Made by a program: the position numbers and the translations under genes. DNA of 63,957 nucleotides, filler included. It is 8 parts of 8 records of this genome, joined end to end, with 100 filler letters (N's around TTAATTAATTAA, not from the genome) between each part and the next. Parts side by side here need not be neighbours in the genome. Positions count along the whole stretch, not along the records: positions 6,153 to 12,528 come from SRR31156797_47704; positions 12,629 to 19,747 come from SRR31156797_47758; positions 19,848 to 32,970 come from SRR31156797_47806; 5 more parts are not named here. The stretch is one strand, 5' to 3'. This document shows positions 10,628-19,987 of this stretch, piece after piece. The notes under the pieces were generated by a model. It did no database searches. It was not told the origin of the DNA and saw nothing but the letters and a program-made list of their open reading frames with translations. Every line of letters begins with the position of its first letter. Positions within the stretch are counted from its first letter, which is position 1.

Positions 10628-12282
10628 TTGCGTTTCGACGCACCATTCAGCTTCTGAGTCTGGGACTTTTTTTCCTGTTGCTGACCCTGGCCGTCATTTC
10701 ATTTCAAAACCCCGAATCTCTCGATCTGTTCATGAGACTGGACCCGGGTCTGGCGCTTTTGACAGCCATCAGCGCCAGAACCCTGGCGGTTGCCTTTGTT
10801 CCGGCACTGCTGGTCCTTGTTGCCACCCTTTTTTTCGGGCGGATTTTCTGCGGTTATATCTGTCCCATGGGGACCACCCTGGATGGCGGAGACAGGCTGT
10901 TTGGCATCAATGGAACTTCCGGCAGGAAACACCGGGATTTCAAACATTCGAAATATCTGGTGCTCTTTTTTTTGCTGGGGGCCGCACTGCCGGGTGTATC
11001 CCTGCTTTTCCTGGCCGCCCCCCTTTCCCTGATTACCCGGTTCTATGGCCTTTTGATCCACCCGGTTCTCGCCCTCATATGCCACAAGTTTCTGGATCTG
11101 CTGCATCCCCTTGCCGAACAATTCAACCTGAGCTCCATTGTTTTTGCTCAGTTGGCAACACCCAAGTTCACCACCCAGATGTTCATATTGCTTTTTTTCG
11201 GTCTGGTCTTCTTTCTGGCACGGCTCTCCCCCCGTTTCTGGTGCCGCAATCTTTGCCCCTCCGGGGCCCTCATGGCGATCTTCTCCATCAAGCCCCTTAT
11301 CCGTCGCCGCGTTTCTCCGGCCTGCACCGCGTGCGGAAAATGCATTTCATCCTGTCCCATGGGGGCCATACCCGTAAAAAACCCTCAAGACACCCGCCAT
11401 GAAGAGTGTATCGTATGCCGCACCTGCGAAGCCCTCTGTCCGGAACGGGCCATCCGCTTTGGTCCGGCACAAAGGGCTCGGGCTGTGGAGAAAACCCCCA
11501 TTTTTTCAGAACGCCGCCGGTTCATTTTTTCAGGCTGTTTGGGCGCCACCGTTGCCGTCACCGGGCTCTCCGGATTGCATGCCCCTGGCGACAAACCCGG
11601 ACCGGGCCAAGCGGCACCGCCAAAGCTTATCAGGCCGCCGGGAACCCTGCCCGAATCTGCATTCCTCTCCCGGTGCGTCCGCTGCGGCGAGTGCATGGCG
11701 GCCTGCCCCACCAATACCCTTCAGCCCATCTGGTTTGATGCCGGTCTCATGGGCCTGTTCAGCCCGGCCCTGACACCCCGGCGCGGTTACTGCAGCCCGG
11801 AGTGCAACATGTGCGGCCAGGTGTGTCCCACAGGCGCCATCAGGGCATTGTCTCGGAAAGAACGAATCTGGGCCAAGACGGGCACGGCCGTTATTTATCC
11901 CGGGCGCTGCCTGGCGTGGGAACAGCAGAAAAGCTGCATGGTATGTGATGAAGTCTGTCCCTACAAAGCGGTTATATTTCAAAAAAAACCGGGCAATCGG
12001 GTCCCGGTCCCCCGGGTGGAGGAAAAAAAGTGCGCCGGATGCGGCTACTGCGAACACTACTGCCCGGTGCACAATGAAGCCGCCATCGTGGTAACCCCCA
12101 TGGGCAGCCTCAGGCTTTCCGAAGGATCCTACATGGACCAGGGAAAAGCACAGGGGCTCAAACTCTCCATCCATAAGGCGGCCGGGCATCCCGAACTCCC
12201 CGAAAATGAAGGCGGACAACCCGGATTCGCACCCGGTTTCGATGATGCGTCGACCCCGGCGCCGGAACGCCGATGGACCTGA
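10624..12282 (+). CDS. Membrane 4Fe-4S polyferredoxin (NapH/NapG-like fusion)
   Basis: TM region with FCGYICPMG and WCRNLCPSG, several CxxCxxCxxxCP motifs, internal RRRFI and IRPPG NapG/MauM-like segment. Confidence 0.85.
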   Translation: MIAFRRTIQLLSLGLFFLLLTLAVISFQNPESLDLFMRLDPGLALLTAISARTLAVAFVPALLVLVATLFFGRIFCGYICPMGTTLDGGDRLFGINGTSGRKHRDFKHSKYLVLFFLLGAALPGVSLLFLAAPLSLITRFYGLLIHPVLALICHKFLDLLHPLAEQFNLSSIVFAQLATPKFTTQMFILLFFGLVFFLARLSPRFWCRNLCPSGALMAIFSIKPLIRRRVSPACTACGKCISSCPMGAIPVKNPQDTRHEECIVCRTCEALCPERAIRFGPAQRARAVEKTPIFSERRRFIFSGCLGATVAVTGLSGLHAPGDKPGPGQAAPPKLIRPPGTLPESAFLSRCVRCGECMAACPTNTLQPIWFDAGLMGLFSPALTPRRGYCSPECNMCGQVCPTGAIRALSRKERIWAKTGTAVIYPGRCLAWEQQKSCMVCDEVCPYKAVIFQKKPGNRVPVPRVEEKKCAGCGYCEHYCPVHNEAAIVVTPMGSLRLSEGSYMDQGKAQGLKLSIHKAAGHPELPENEGGQPGFAPGFDDASTPAPERRWT

Positions 12283-12428
12283 GAGCCTGAATAGGGGCAT
12301 GAGATACGCCCATCTCAGGGATGCGGCCTTTAGGGAAGCGTCTCAGGTAGCCGGCGCCATTGCAAAAAGGGAAATTTGGATACATGGAAAGGTTGGAAAT
12401 AGGGTCGGAAATTGATTTTCCACCCAAC

Positions 12429-12466
12429 AAAAAAGGGGCTACGAAATTAACGTAACCCCTTGTTTT
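12429..12466. terminator. Intrinsic terminator between tRNA and polyferredoxin (probably bidirectional)
   Basis: AAAAAAGGGGCTACG-loop-CGTAACCCCTTGTTTT hairpin with flanking A/T tracts. Confidence 0.65.
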
Positions 12467-12471
12467 ATCTA

Positions 12472-12528
12472 TGGTAGCGGGGGGCGGATTCGAACCACCG
12501 ACCTTCGGGTTATGAGCCCGACGAGCTA
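12472..12528 (-). tRNA. tRNA-Met(CAT), initiator type, 5' truncated
   Basis: Reverse complement TAGCTCGTCGGGCTCATAACCCGAAGGTCGGTGGTTCGAATCCGCCCCCCGCTACCA: CAT anticodon, three G-C pairs in the anticodon stem, GGTTCGAATCC T-arm, CCA end. Confidence 0.93.
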
Positions 12529-12628
12529 NNNNNNNNNNNNNNNNNNNNNNNNNNNNNNNNNNNNNNNNNNNNTTAATTAATTAANNNNNNNNNNNNNNNN
12601 NNNNNNNNNNNNNNNNNNNNNNNNNNNN
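12529..12628. other. Artificial contig spacer
   Basis: N-run/TTAATTAATTAA/N-run. Confidence 0.98.
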
Positions 12629-13201
12629 ATATATCATTGGTAAAATATCAGAGAGTCCGGCAATTCCTCCTGCACTGTTTAATACATCGTGAAAAAAAAC
12701 ACGTTCCAGGGTTTGTCTTCTTTTTTCGTTGCTGATATCTGTTACGGTGAAAATGGTGAATTTATCGCCCTTTAACTTAAATGGAGTTGAAGTTATTTTT
12801 AGGTCGAGAGCATTTGTTTCAGCAGTAAGAATCCTGCATTCTTGTGTTGATTGTGACCCGGTTTGTGCGTCTAAAATAGAATTAACAGCTCCGCAGTTTC
12901 TGCAAAATTCACTGGTTCCACAACCTCCATCTTCTCTGAAAGCATATAAACAATTTACCGCTTCTCCAGGTCGTTTACCAAGTATCTGGTTTTGTTTTTC
13001 AAGTCCTAACAGGGTGAGAAACATTTTGTTGGCATAGATGATCTGTCTTTCTTTATTTAAAATTACAACCATCTGGGATAGGGCATCCAAAAGGGCAACA
13101 AGTACTTTGTTCGTACTGATTAATTCTAAACGTTGTTCCAGTATTTCCTTGGGGGCTCTTTTTGCCGGAGCAAATTTTGTAGATAAAGCATTTTTTTCCA
13201 T
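12629..13201 (-). CDS. PAS-domain histidine kinase, N-terminal part (3' truncated)
   Basis: PAS-like domain with Cys cluster (C...GCGTSEFCRNCG) then H-box LERVFFHDVLN. Confidence 0.8.
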
Positions 13202-13362
13202 ACAGTTAGTTTTATTAAGCTAGTTAAAGAAGACTAATAAAGCTCCTCTTCCTTATAAATTTAATAATAATCAAATTAAAAAACCAGACCAGGAATGAAC
13301 TGGTTCATACTTAAATGGGCTAACCGGAGAAAGATTTTATTGAAATAGCTAATCAAAAAAGG

Positions 13363-14691
13363 TTATCCTAATTTTTGTTGTACAGGTAGATTCCACTCTT
13401 CAATCATGGTTATTCCTAGTTTTTCCAGCTCATTTAAAATAGGCATATATATCGATTTTGAAACGGGAATATGAACACCTGTATCTGTAATTTTACCGTC
13501 TAAAATCATTTTTGTGCCAATAGCAGCCGGAAGTGCAACTGTTCTGGCAATTGAAGTATCTTTATTTGTGGCAAAATCCAGAAGACGAGACTGAACTACC
13601 TCGTTTGTTCCATCTGTCTTTTCAATTAGAAAAGAGTGTAGCATGATTACCATGTCGCGGCCATTATCCGACAACATCATTTTTCGCTTCATCAGGTCGG
13701 TAAGTAGGTCGAGACTCGAACCCTCGCTAAATGGGACAAGGTCGTCGCTAAATAATCCTAACCATTCCATTGCGAGTATAGCCGGACTGTCAATGGAGAG
13801 GTTGAGAATACCTGCTATCTTTTCTTTCATATTAGCCGGATAAACATTTACCTGGCGAGCCATAATCTTTTTATAGGTCTTGTTGTCAAATGATTGTGGT
13901 TCAGTACTCGTTAAGCCCAGGGTTTTTAAAGCATCCATAATTTCGCACCAATTGGGGTAACGGAAAGTTCCCCGGTACATGGTTTCAATATTTGGTAAAT
14001 TATAAATGTTGATGTAGGCCAGCGAATCGCGATTGGGATAAACATCCATTTCTCCAATTTCAGGGAAATTAATTTTCATCGGATTCTTAAATAATTGTTC
14101 GGTTGGGAGCTCAATAACATTTCCGTTTTTTTTGAATTTAGCTCCGTTGTTACCGGCCAATAACACCCCTTTGGGCGACCACGAAAATTTGTATCGGAAT
14201 GGGTTGTTGGCTTCCTCAGGAGCAGGTAAGGCACCGCACAACGAATAAAACTCTTTTATCTTTCCACCGCTTTCATGTACTTTATCGATAATGCGCATGG
14301 CCGTCATGTGGTCGAATCCCGGATCAACACCAATTTCATTTAAAATAATTATTCCGGCGGATTTGGCTGCCGCATCCAATGCTTTCATTTCTTCCGAAAC
14401 ATATGAAGAGGTAAGCATGTTTTTTTGGTGTTTTATACAAAGTTTGGCTACTGCTACATGGTACTGGTAAGGCAGCAAGCTTACCGTTAGGTCGTGTTCA
14501 GCAATTAATTTATCAAGTGTTTCCTCATTAGTTGTTGTCCATTGCAAGGCTTTTCCGTTTGTTCTTCCTGCAATTAATTTTATTGCCTTAGCTACGGTCC
14601 GACTGGCTATGGTAAGTTCTATATGGTTGTTTAGTAGATAATCTACAAGTGGTTTGGCAACCATTCCGGCTCCAAGTAATAGTACCTTCAT
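13363..14691 (-). CDS. Saccharopine dehydrogenase (glutamate-forming, Lys9/AASS-SDH type)
   Basis: VLLLGAGMV Rossmann fold, EIGVDPGFDHM, YSLCGALPAPE, YKFSWSPKGVL, YPNRDSL, RGTFRYP, SIARTVALPAAI. Confidence 0.92.
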   Translation of the reverse strand: MKVLLLGAGMVAKPLVDYLLNNHIELTIASRTVAKAIKLIAGRTNGKALQWTTTNEETLDKLIAEHDLTVSLLPYQYHVAVAKLCIKHQKNMLTSSYVSEEMKALDAAAKSAGIIILNEIGVDPGFDHMTAMRIIDKVHESGGKIKEFYSLCGALPAPEEANNPFRYKFSWSPKGVLLAGNNGAKFKKNGNVIELPTEQLFKNPMKINFPEIGEMDVYPNRDSLAYINIYNLPNIETMYRGTFRYPNWCEIMDALKTLGLTSTEPQSFDNKTYKKIMARQVNVYPANMKEKIAGILNLSIDSPAILAMEWLGLFSDDLVPFSEGSSLDLLTDLMKRKMMLSDNGRDMVIMLHSFLIEKTDGTNEVVQSRLLDFATNKDTSIARTVALPAAIGTKMILDGKITDTGVHIPVSKSIYMPILNELEKLGITMIEEWNLPVQQKLG

Positions 14692-14875
14692 ATTTTCTAT
14701 CTCCTTAATTGTTTCTGTTGTATGAACGAAATTTTCTCTTTTTCGTTTTGATTTTTGTGGTTTTTACAAAAAGCCTGGTAATATCGTAAAATTTAATTTA
14801 ATAATTCCTGACGAAGATCTGTTTTGTAAAACATCACAAAAATCATTATCTATAATACATAATTTTTATAAATTA

Positions 14876-15093
14876 GGCGCATGGTACAATCGTATTCATG
14901 TCCGGTTTTTTTCTATCAAGGCATGCCTGAATGTCTTGATGAAGATACAGTTTCGCACAAGCTGTAATCGCAGCAAAATTTATTCCATTCTTTTATTGGC
15001 ATGTGCCACCTCTTTTAGTAAGGTATTCTTTTGATCGGTTGTCGGTAAAAGAACATCGGAATCTGTCTGAATGCTAACTGCATTCAGTATTTC
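14876..15093 (+). promoter_or_regulatory. Candidate structured 5' leader RNA of the aminomutase operon
   Basis: Four hairpins plus a long-range closing helix, with G-U pairs favouring the + strand (see findings). Confidence 0.5.
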
Positions 15094-15132
15094 AACGTAA
15101 ATAAATATAAACGTACAATTAAAAATTGGAAC

Positions 15133-16692
15133 ATGATGAAAAGTGAACCAAATAACACCGACGTAAAGTCAATGTTGGAAGCCTATGATCTTGCACCAAA
15201 ATCTTTGGCAACAATAGAAGAAGAGAATTTAATTTCCCGGGGATTACTAAAACGATTGCATAATTGTTTCCCGGCTTATTCCGGATTTTTAAAAACCGGA
15301 AAAGCAACCTTTACCAGCAAGATTCATTATACGGGCTTAAAAGGATTTCGCGAAATTATTGATATTTTGAAACAAAAAGGGATTGAAATTGAAGCGATAA
15401 AAGAACGGGAATTCTTTCTTGAAGTTTATCGTTTTATGGCCACTAAACATATCTTGAACTGTATGAACTGGGAGAAAATTGAAGATGATCCGATCTATCA
15501 TCTGATTTTTCCACAGCCCGGAATGATAGATAAGGCAGATGTTCAAAAATATCTGGATACCCGGAATGACGGGGAACGCCGGAAAGTTGTTGAAGCATAC
15601 CAGTTAAAAACAAATCCACACGATGGCAAGCAAAAATTAAACAAACCATTCTTTTACAACGACGAGGGTTGTTTGGAGGTTCTTGAAGGAAGTCAACATA
15701 AATATCCGCCAATTAAACTTGTTCTCGATCAGGGCACTCAAAATTGTTTTGCATTTTGCACCTATTGTTTCCGTCATGCACAAGTTCGGGGCGACGAAGA
15801 TATGTTCGTGCAGAAGGATATCAATCAGGTACATAATTACTTGAAAAAACACAAGGAAATAACCGATGTATTGATTACCGGAGGTGATGGGGGATATATT
15901 TCTTTTGAACGTTTGGAAGAGTATGTAAAACCAATGATTGAGGATGAAGACCTTATGCATATTCGAACACTACGCATTGGTTCAAGAGTACTGACTTTTC
16001 ATCCTGAATTTTTACTCACTGATAAATTCAGAAAGATTCTTGAACTTTTGCGTTTTGTTATCAATAATGGTATTCAGGTGGTTTGGATGTCGCATTTTTC
16101 AACTCCTCGAGAGTTGTTAAATCCGGTTACTATAGCAGCCATAAAACGACTTAAGAATTACGGGCTTACATTAAAAAGCCAAAGTCCGATAATGAATCAC
16201 ATCAGCCTCTTTCGCGACCAAAATGGGAAAGTAGATGTCGATCGGTCGGCTCAAAACTGGATAGACCTGGGGAATGTTCTTGCCATGTTAGGTGTTGGTT
16301 TTCACTCCATGTATTGTGCACGACCAACAGGTGAACATCATTATTTTACTGCCCCTTTAGCTGATATTACAAAAATCTTTAGCAAGGTCTATCGCGAACT
16401 GGCCTCAATTAATCGCCCGTCGCGGCATATAACTATGACTTCTTCAGCCGGGAAAACCTCTTTAATGGGGACAACGATAATCAACGGTGAAAAAGTTTTT
16501 GTGCTGAAATTCAATGAGGCACGGAACATGACGTGGATGGATAGCGTATATTTTGCCGAATACGATGAAGAGGAAAATACCATTGAGAAACTAATACCAT
16601 ACAAGGTTGACAAATATTTTTATGAGGATGAGTTGGCCAATATCGAAAACCAACTTGAGGAAGCACTAAAGAGAGAAAAACATAAAGCTTAA
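15133..16692 (+). CDS. KamA-family radical SAM/PLP 2,3-aminomutase with non-lysine-type substrate residues
   Basis: QHKYP, CFAFCTYCFRH (CxxxCxxC), DVLITGGD, LRIGSR, SQSPIM, SSAGK (putative PLP lysine). Confidence 0.88.
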   Translation: MMKSEPNNTDVKSMLEAYDLAPKSLATIEEENLISRGLLKRLHNCFPAYSGFLKTGKATFTSKIHYTGLKGFREIIDILKQKGIEIEAIKEREFFLEVYRFMATKHILNCMNWEKIEDDPIYHLIFPQPGMIDKADVQKYLDTRNDGERRKVVEAYQLKTNPHDGKQKLNKPFFYNDEGCLEVLEGSQHKYPPIKLVLDQGTQNCFAFCTYCFRHAQVRGDEDMFVQKDINQVHNYLKKHKEITDVLITGGDGGYISFERLEEYVKPMIEDEDLMHIRTLRIGSRVLTFHPEFLLTDKFRKILELLRFVINNGIQVVWMSHFSTPRELLNPVTIAAIKRLKNYGLTLKSQSPIMNHISLFRDQNGKVDVDRSAQNWIDLGNVLAMLGVGFHSMYCARPTGEHHYFTAPLADITKIFSKVYRELASINRPSRHITMTSSAGKTSLMGTTIINGEKVFVLKFNEARNMTWMDSVYFAEYDEEENTIEKLIPYKVDKYFYEDELANIENQLEEALKREKHKA

Positions 16693-16696
16693 AAAT

Positions 16697-17419
16697 ATGA
16701 TCAACAAAGTTGTAAAATCGGCAGAAGAGGCAGTTGCCGGAATTTTCAACGGTGCAACCGTTATGATCAGTGGTTTTGGTGAGGCCGGGAGTCCGGTTGA
16801 ACTGATTCATGCTTTGGTTGATCAAGGGGCTAAAGATCTTACAATTGTGAGTAATAATGCCGGAAGTGGTCATGTTGGGCTGGCTGCTTTAATCGAAAAC
16901 CGGCAGGTTCGGAAAATTATTTGTTCTTTTCCACGAACAGCCATATCCGTTGTATTTCCTGAATTGTATCGTGCCGGGGAGGTTGAGCTGGAACTGGTTC
17001 CCCAGGGAACACTGGCCGAAAGAATTCGTGCTGCCGGTGCCGGAATTCCTGCATTTTATACTCCAACGTCGGTTAATACGCCCTTGGCTACCAACAAGGA
17101 AAAAAGAGAGTTTGGTGGAAAAACATACGTAATGGAAAAAGCCATTAATGCCGACTTTGCTTTGGTTAAATGCCTTGCGGCCGATAAATATGGTAATTTG
17201 ATTTATAATAAAACTGCCCGAAATTTTGGACCGGTTATGTGTATGGCAGCTAAAACTACAATTGTACAGTCAAAACAAGTAGTTAAAGTTGGAACAATCG
17301 ATCCGGAACATGTGGTTACTCCGGGAATATTTGTTCACTGTGTTGTTGAAATTGCTAATCCCGAAGATGAATCAAAACTGGTCTCACAAAATGTAAAATA
17401 CCATGGAATCAAACACTAA
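16697..17419 (+). CDS. pcaI: 3-oxoadipate/3-oxoacid CoA-transferase subunit A
   Basis: MINKVV, GFGEAGSPVELI, SNNAGSG, CSFPR, VPQGTLAERIRAAGAGIPAFYTPT, TARNFGPVM; CSFPR and NNAG are typical of PcaI. Confidence 0.82.
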   Translation: MINKVVKSAEEAVAGIFNGATVMISGFGEAGSPVELIHALVDQGAKDLTIVSNNAGSGHVGLAALIENRQVRKIICSFPRTAISVVFPELYRAGEVELELVPQGTLAERIRAAGAGIPAFYTPTSVNTPLATNKEKREFGGKTYVMEKAINADFALVKCLAADKYGNLIYNKTARNFGPVMCMAAKTTIVQSKQVVKVGTIDPEHVVTPGIFVHCVVEIANPEDESKLVSQNVKYHGIKH

Positions 17420-18062
17420 ATCAGTAGGTTGGAGTACAGCTGAAATGGCACAAAAAGTGGCTATGGATATTCATGATGGAGCCTATGTCAATCTGGGTAT
17501 AGGAATTCCTGAAATGGTTGCGGATTTTATTCCCGAAGGCCGGGAAGTGATTTACCACACCGAGAACGGTTTGTTGGGAATGGGAAAGGTTGCAACAGAA
17601 GGTAATGAGGATCCGGAGTTGGTTAACGCCGGTAAAAAATATGTTACTGCAATTCCAGGTGCAGCTTACTTTCATCATGCCGATAGTTTTGCAATGATAC
17701 GTGGAGGACATATCGATATATGTATACTGGGGGCTTACCAGGTTTCAGAAGAAGGAGACCTGGCGAATTGGTCAACCGGGAATCCTGGTGATATTCCGGC
17801 GGTTGGAGGAGCAATGGATTTGGTAGCAGGCGTGAAAACAATATTTGTGATCACTAAACATGTAACAAAAAACGGAGTGCCCAAAATTGTTAAAGAATGT
17901 ACTTATCCGTTAACCGGAAAGAACGTGGTAAGCCGTATATACACAAACTTAGCTGTTATCGACGTGGTAAATAAAAAGCTCTTTGTTCGGGAAATGGCTC
18001 CCGAAGTTCATATTGATTACCTGCAAAAATATACAGAAGCAAAACTGTATTTGATGGAATAA
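17403..18062 (+). CDS. pcaJ: 3-oxoadipate/3-oxoacid CoA-transferase subunit B
   Basis: YVNLGIGIP, HTENG (catalytic Glu), SFAMIRGGHID, GDLANW, AVGGAMDL. Confidence 0.82.
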   Translation: MESNTKSVGWSTAEMAQKVAMDIHDGAYVNLGIGIPEMVADFIPEGREVIYHTENGLLGMGKVATEGNEDPELVNAGKKYVTAIPGAAYFHHADSFAMIRGGHIDICILGAYQVSEEGDLANWSTGNPGDIPAVGGAMDLVAGVKTIFVITKHVTKNGVPKIVKECTYPLTGKNVVSRIYTNLAVIDVVNKKLFVREMAPEVHIDYLQKYTEAKLYLME

Positions 18063-18074
18063 AAAAACGATAAG

Positions 18075-19412
18075 ATGTCGAAAAAAGAAAATAGTGAGGA
18101 ATTATACTCAAAAGCTAAAAATGTAATTGTTGGTGGAGTGAGTAGGAATACTGTTTTTCGGAGACCGTATCCAAATTATGCCAATACAGCTTCGGGTTGT
18201 TTTATTACGGATATTGAAGGCAATGTACGTACTGATTTTGCAAACAATATGGCGGCCCTTATTCATGGGCATTCTTTTCCTCCAATTATTGATGCGGTAA
18301 TCGAACAGCTAAAAAAAGGAACTGCGTATACTTTGGCTTCAGAAATTGAAGTGGCTTTTGCCACGCACTTGATTGAACGAGGGAAAAGTTTTGAGCGAAT
18401 ACGTTTTATGAATTCTGGGACCGAGGCAGTAATGGCAATGATTAAAGCCTCCCGGGCCTACACTGGTCGTCCAAAAATTGCTAAAGCAGAAGGAGCCTAT
18501 CATGGCACCTATGACTTTGCAGAAGTAAGTCAGACTGCCAATCCATCAAATTGGGGGAAAGAAGACAGACCGACAAGTGTACCGCTGGCACATGGAACTC
18601 CTCCTTGTGTATCGAAAGATGTGATTGTTTATCCTTACAATAATATTGAACGAACATTAAGCATACTCGATAAACAGGCAGCAGATATTGCTTGTGTAAT
18701 TATAGATCCTGTGCCACATAGGGTAGGATTAATGCCCGGGAACGCTTCTTTTATTGAAGCCATTTATGACTGGACCAGAAAAAACGAAGCGCTTCTGGTT
18801 TTTGATGAGGTGATTACTTTCAGGGTAAACTATGGTGGGGCACAAGATAATTATAGCGTAAAACCAGACCTTACATCTCTTGGAAAGATCATTGGAGGAG
18901 GATTTCCGGTTGGTGCTGTTGCCGGAAGTGCAGAAGTAATGCGTGTTTTCGATCCGCATGAAAGCAATCTTCTGCTTCCTTATTCGGGTACTTTTTCGGC
19001 TAATCCTATCACCATGACAGCCGGTTACGAGGCGATGAAATATTTTGATAAGAAAGCTGTTTCAAAACTAAATTCGCTTACCAATGTAGCGGTAACTCAA
19101 ATTTGCGAGGCAATTAAAACTGCCGATGTGCCAATGTCTGTTACCGGTGCAGGTTCAATGTTTCGTATTCATTTAAAACAAACTGCACCAACTACTTATC
19201 GCGAAGCTTTTCTTTCCGACGACGGAAAAAAGCTTATAAACGAATTACTGGATTACATGTATTACGAAGAAAATACACTGATGATCAATACTTTTTCTTG
19301 TATGCTTTCAACTGTAATAACACAACGGGAAATTGATAAATTAACAGAAGGACTTTATCGTGCTTTTGTGAAGCTGAAACCTAAAATTGAAAAGTTAAAT
19401 AAAGAACGATGA
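18075..19412 (+). CDS. Class III PLP aminotransferase (GSA-aminomutase-like / beta-amino acid transaminase clade)
   Basis: RFMNSGTEA, GAYHG, FDEVITFR, PDLTSLGKIIGGGFPVGA, SGTFSANPITM. Confidence 0.85.
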   Translation: MSKKENSEELYSKAKNVIVGGVSRNTVFRRPYPNYANTASGCFITDIEGNVRTDFANNMAALIHGHSFPPIIDAVIEQLKKGTAYTLASEIEVAFATHLIERGKSFERIRFMNSGTEAVMAMIKASRAYTGRPKIAKAEGAYHGTYDFAEVSQTANPSNWGKEDRPTSVPLAHGTPPCVSKDVIVYPYNNIERTLSILDKQAADIACVIIDPVPHRVGLMPGNASFIEAIYDWTRKNEALLVFDEVITFRVNYGGAQDNYSVKPDLTSLGKIIGGGFPVGAVAGSAEVMRVFDPHESNLLLPYSGTFSANPITMTAGYEAMKYFDKKAVSKLNSLTNVAVTQICEAIKTADVPMSVTGAGSMFRIHLKQTAPTTYREAFLSDDGKKLINELLDYMYYEENTLMINTFSCMLSTVITQREIDKLTEGLYRAFVKLKPKIEKLNKER

Positions 19413-19428
19413 GTTACAGGCTGTATGA

Positions 19429-19459
19429 TGGCAGGTTAACTGGTTTTAGTTACCTGCCA
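19429..19459. other. Intergenic hairpin without U-tract (possible mRNA stability element)
   Basis: TGGCAGGTTAACT-GGTTTT-AGTTACCTGCCA inverted repeat with one bulge. Confidence 0.45.
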
Positions 19460-19508
19460 AATACACCGTTCTCATTACAAAGAATCTAAAATCTCAATAC
19501 GAATAAAA

Positions 19509-19747
19509 ATGAACGACGTTTTTATATGCGATGCAATCCGGACACCGGTTGGAAAATATGGAGGATCACTTTCATCTGTTCGTGCCGATGATCTGGCTGC
19601 TATTCCGTTAAAAGAACTAATCCGGCGAAACCCGGGGATGAATCCGGGTGCTGTTGATGACATTATTCTTGGTAATGCGAATCAGGCAGGAGAAGATAAT
19701 CGTAATATTGCCCGTATGGCACTGCTGCTTGCAGGTTTTCCGGAAAC
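19509..19747 (+). CDS. pcaF: 3-oxoadipyl-CoA thiolase (PcaF/PaaJ type), 3' truncated
   Basis: VFICDAIRTPVGKYGGSLSSVRADDLAAIPL and GNANQAGEDNRNIARMALLLAG, characteristic of the PcaF/PaaJ N-terminus. Confidence 0.85.
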
Positions 19748-19847
19748 NNNNNNNNNNNNNNNNNNNNNNNNNNNNNNNNNNNNNNNNNNNNTTAATTAAT
19801 TAANNNNNNNNNNNNNNNNNNNNNNNNNNNNNNNNNNNNNNNNNNNN
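19748..19847. other. Artificial contig spacer
   Basis: N-run/TTAATTAATTAA/N-run. Confidence 0.98.
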
Positions 19848-19987
19848 ACCCGGAAAAATAATGCGATATGGGAAATACAGGATGGGGTCTGTAGAGATCC
19901 TACCTGCCTACAATAATCACAGATGCATGTTCCCTGCAAAAATTAGAAATCTGATACACACAAATTTAATTTAACAGAGGTGTTCCA

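Noticed and set aside
14860-15020. Canonical lysine riboswitch
   Set aside because: Only an AGGCGC/AGAGG-like start; the conserved AGUA, GAAAGG and GCCGAA elements and kissing-loop layout are not evident.
15133-16692. kamA/ablA/epmB (lysine 2,3-aminomutase) gene symbol
   Set aside because: Lysine-binding Asp residues appear replaced and the usual partners (kamDE, ablB, efp/epmA) are absent.
18075-19412. hemL annotation
   Set aside because: GSA-like fold, but lacks the GGVNSPVR N-terminal motif and lies in a catabolic operon.
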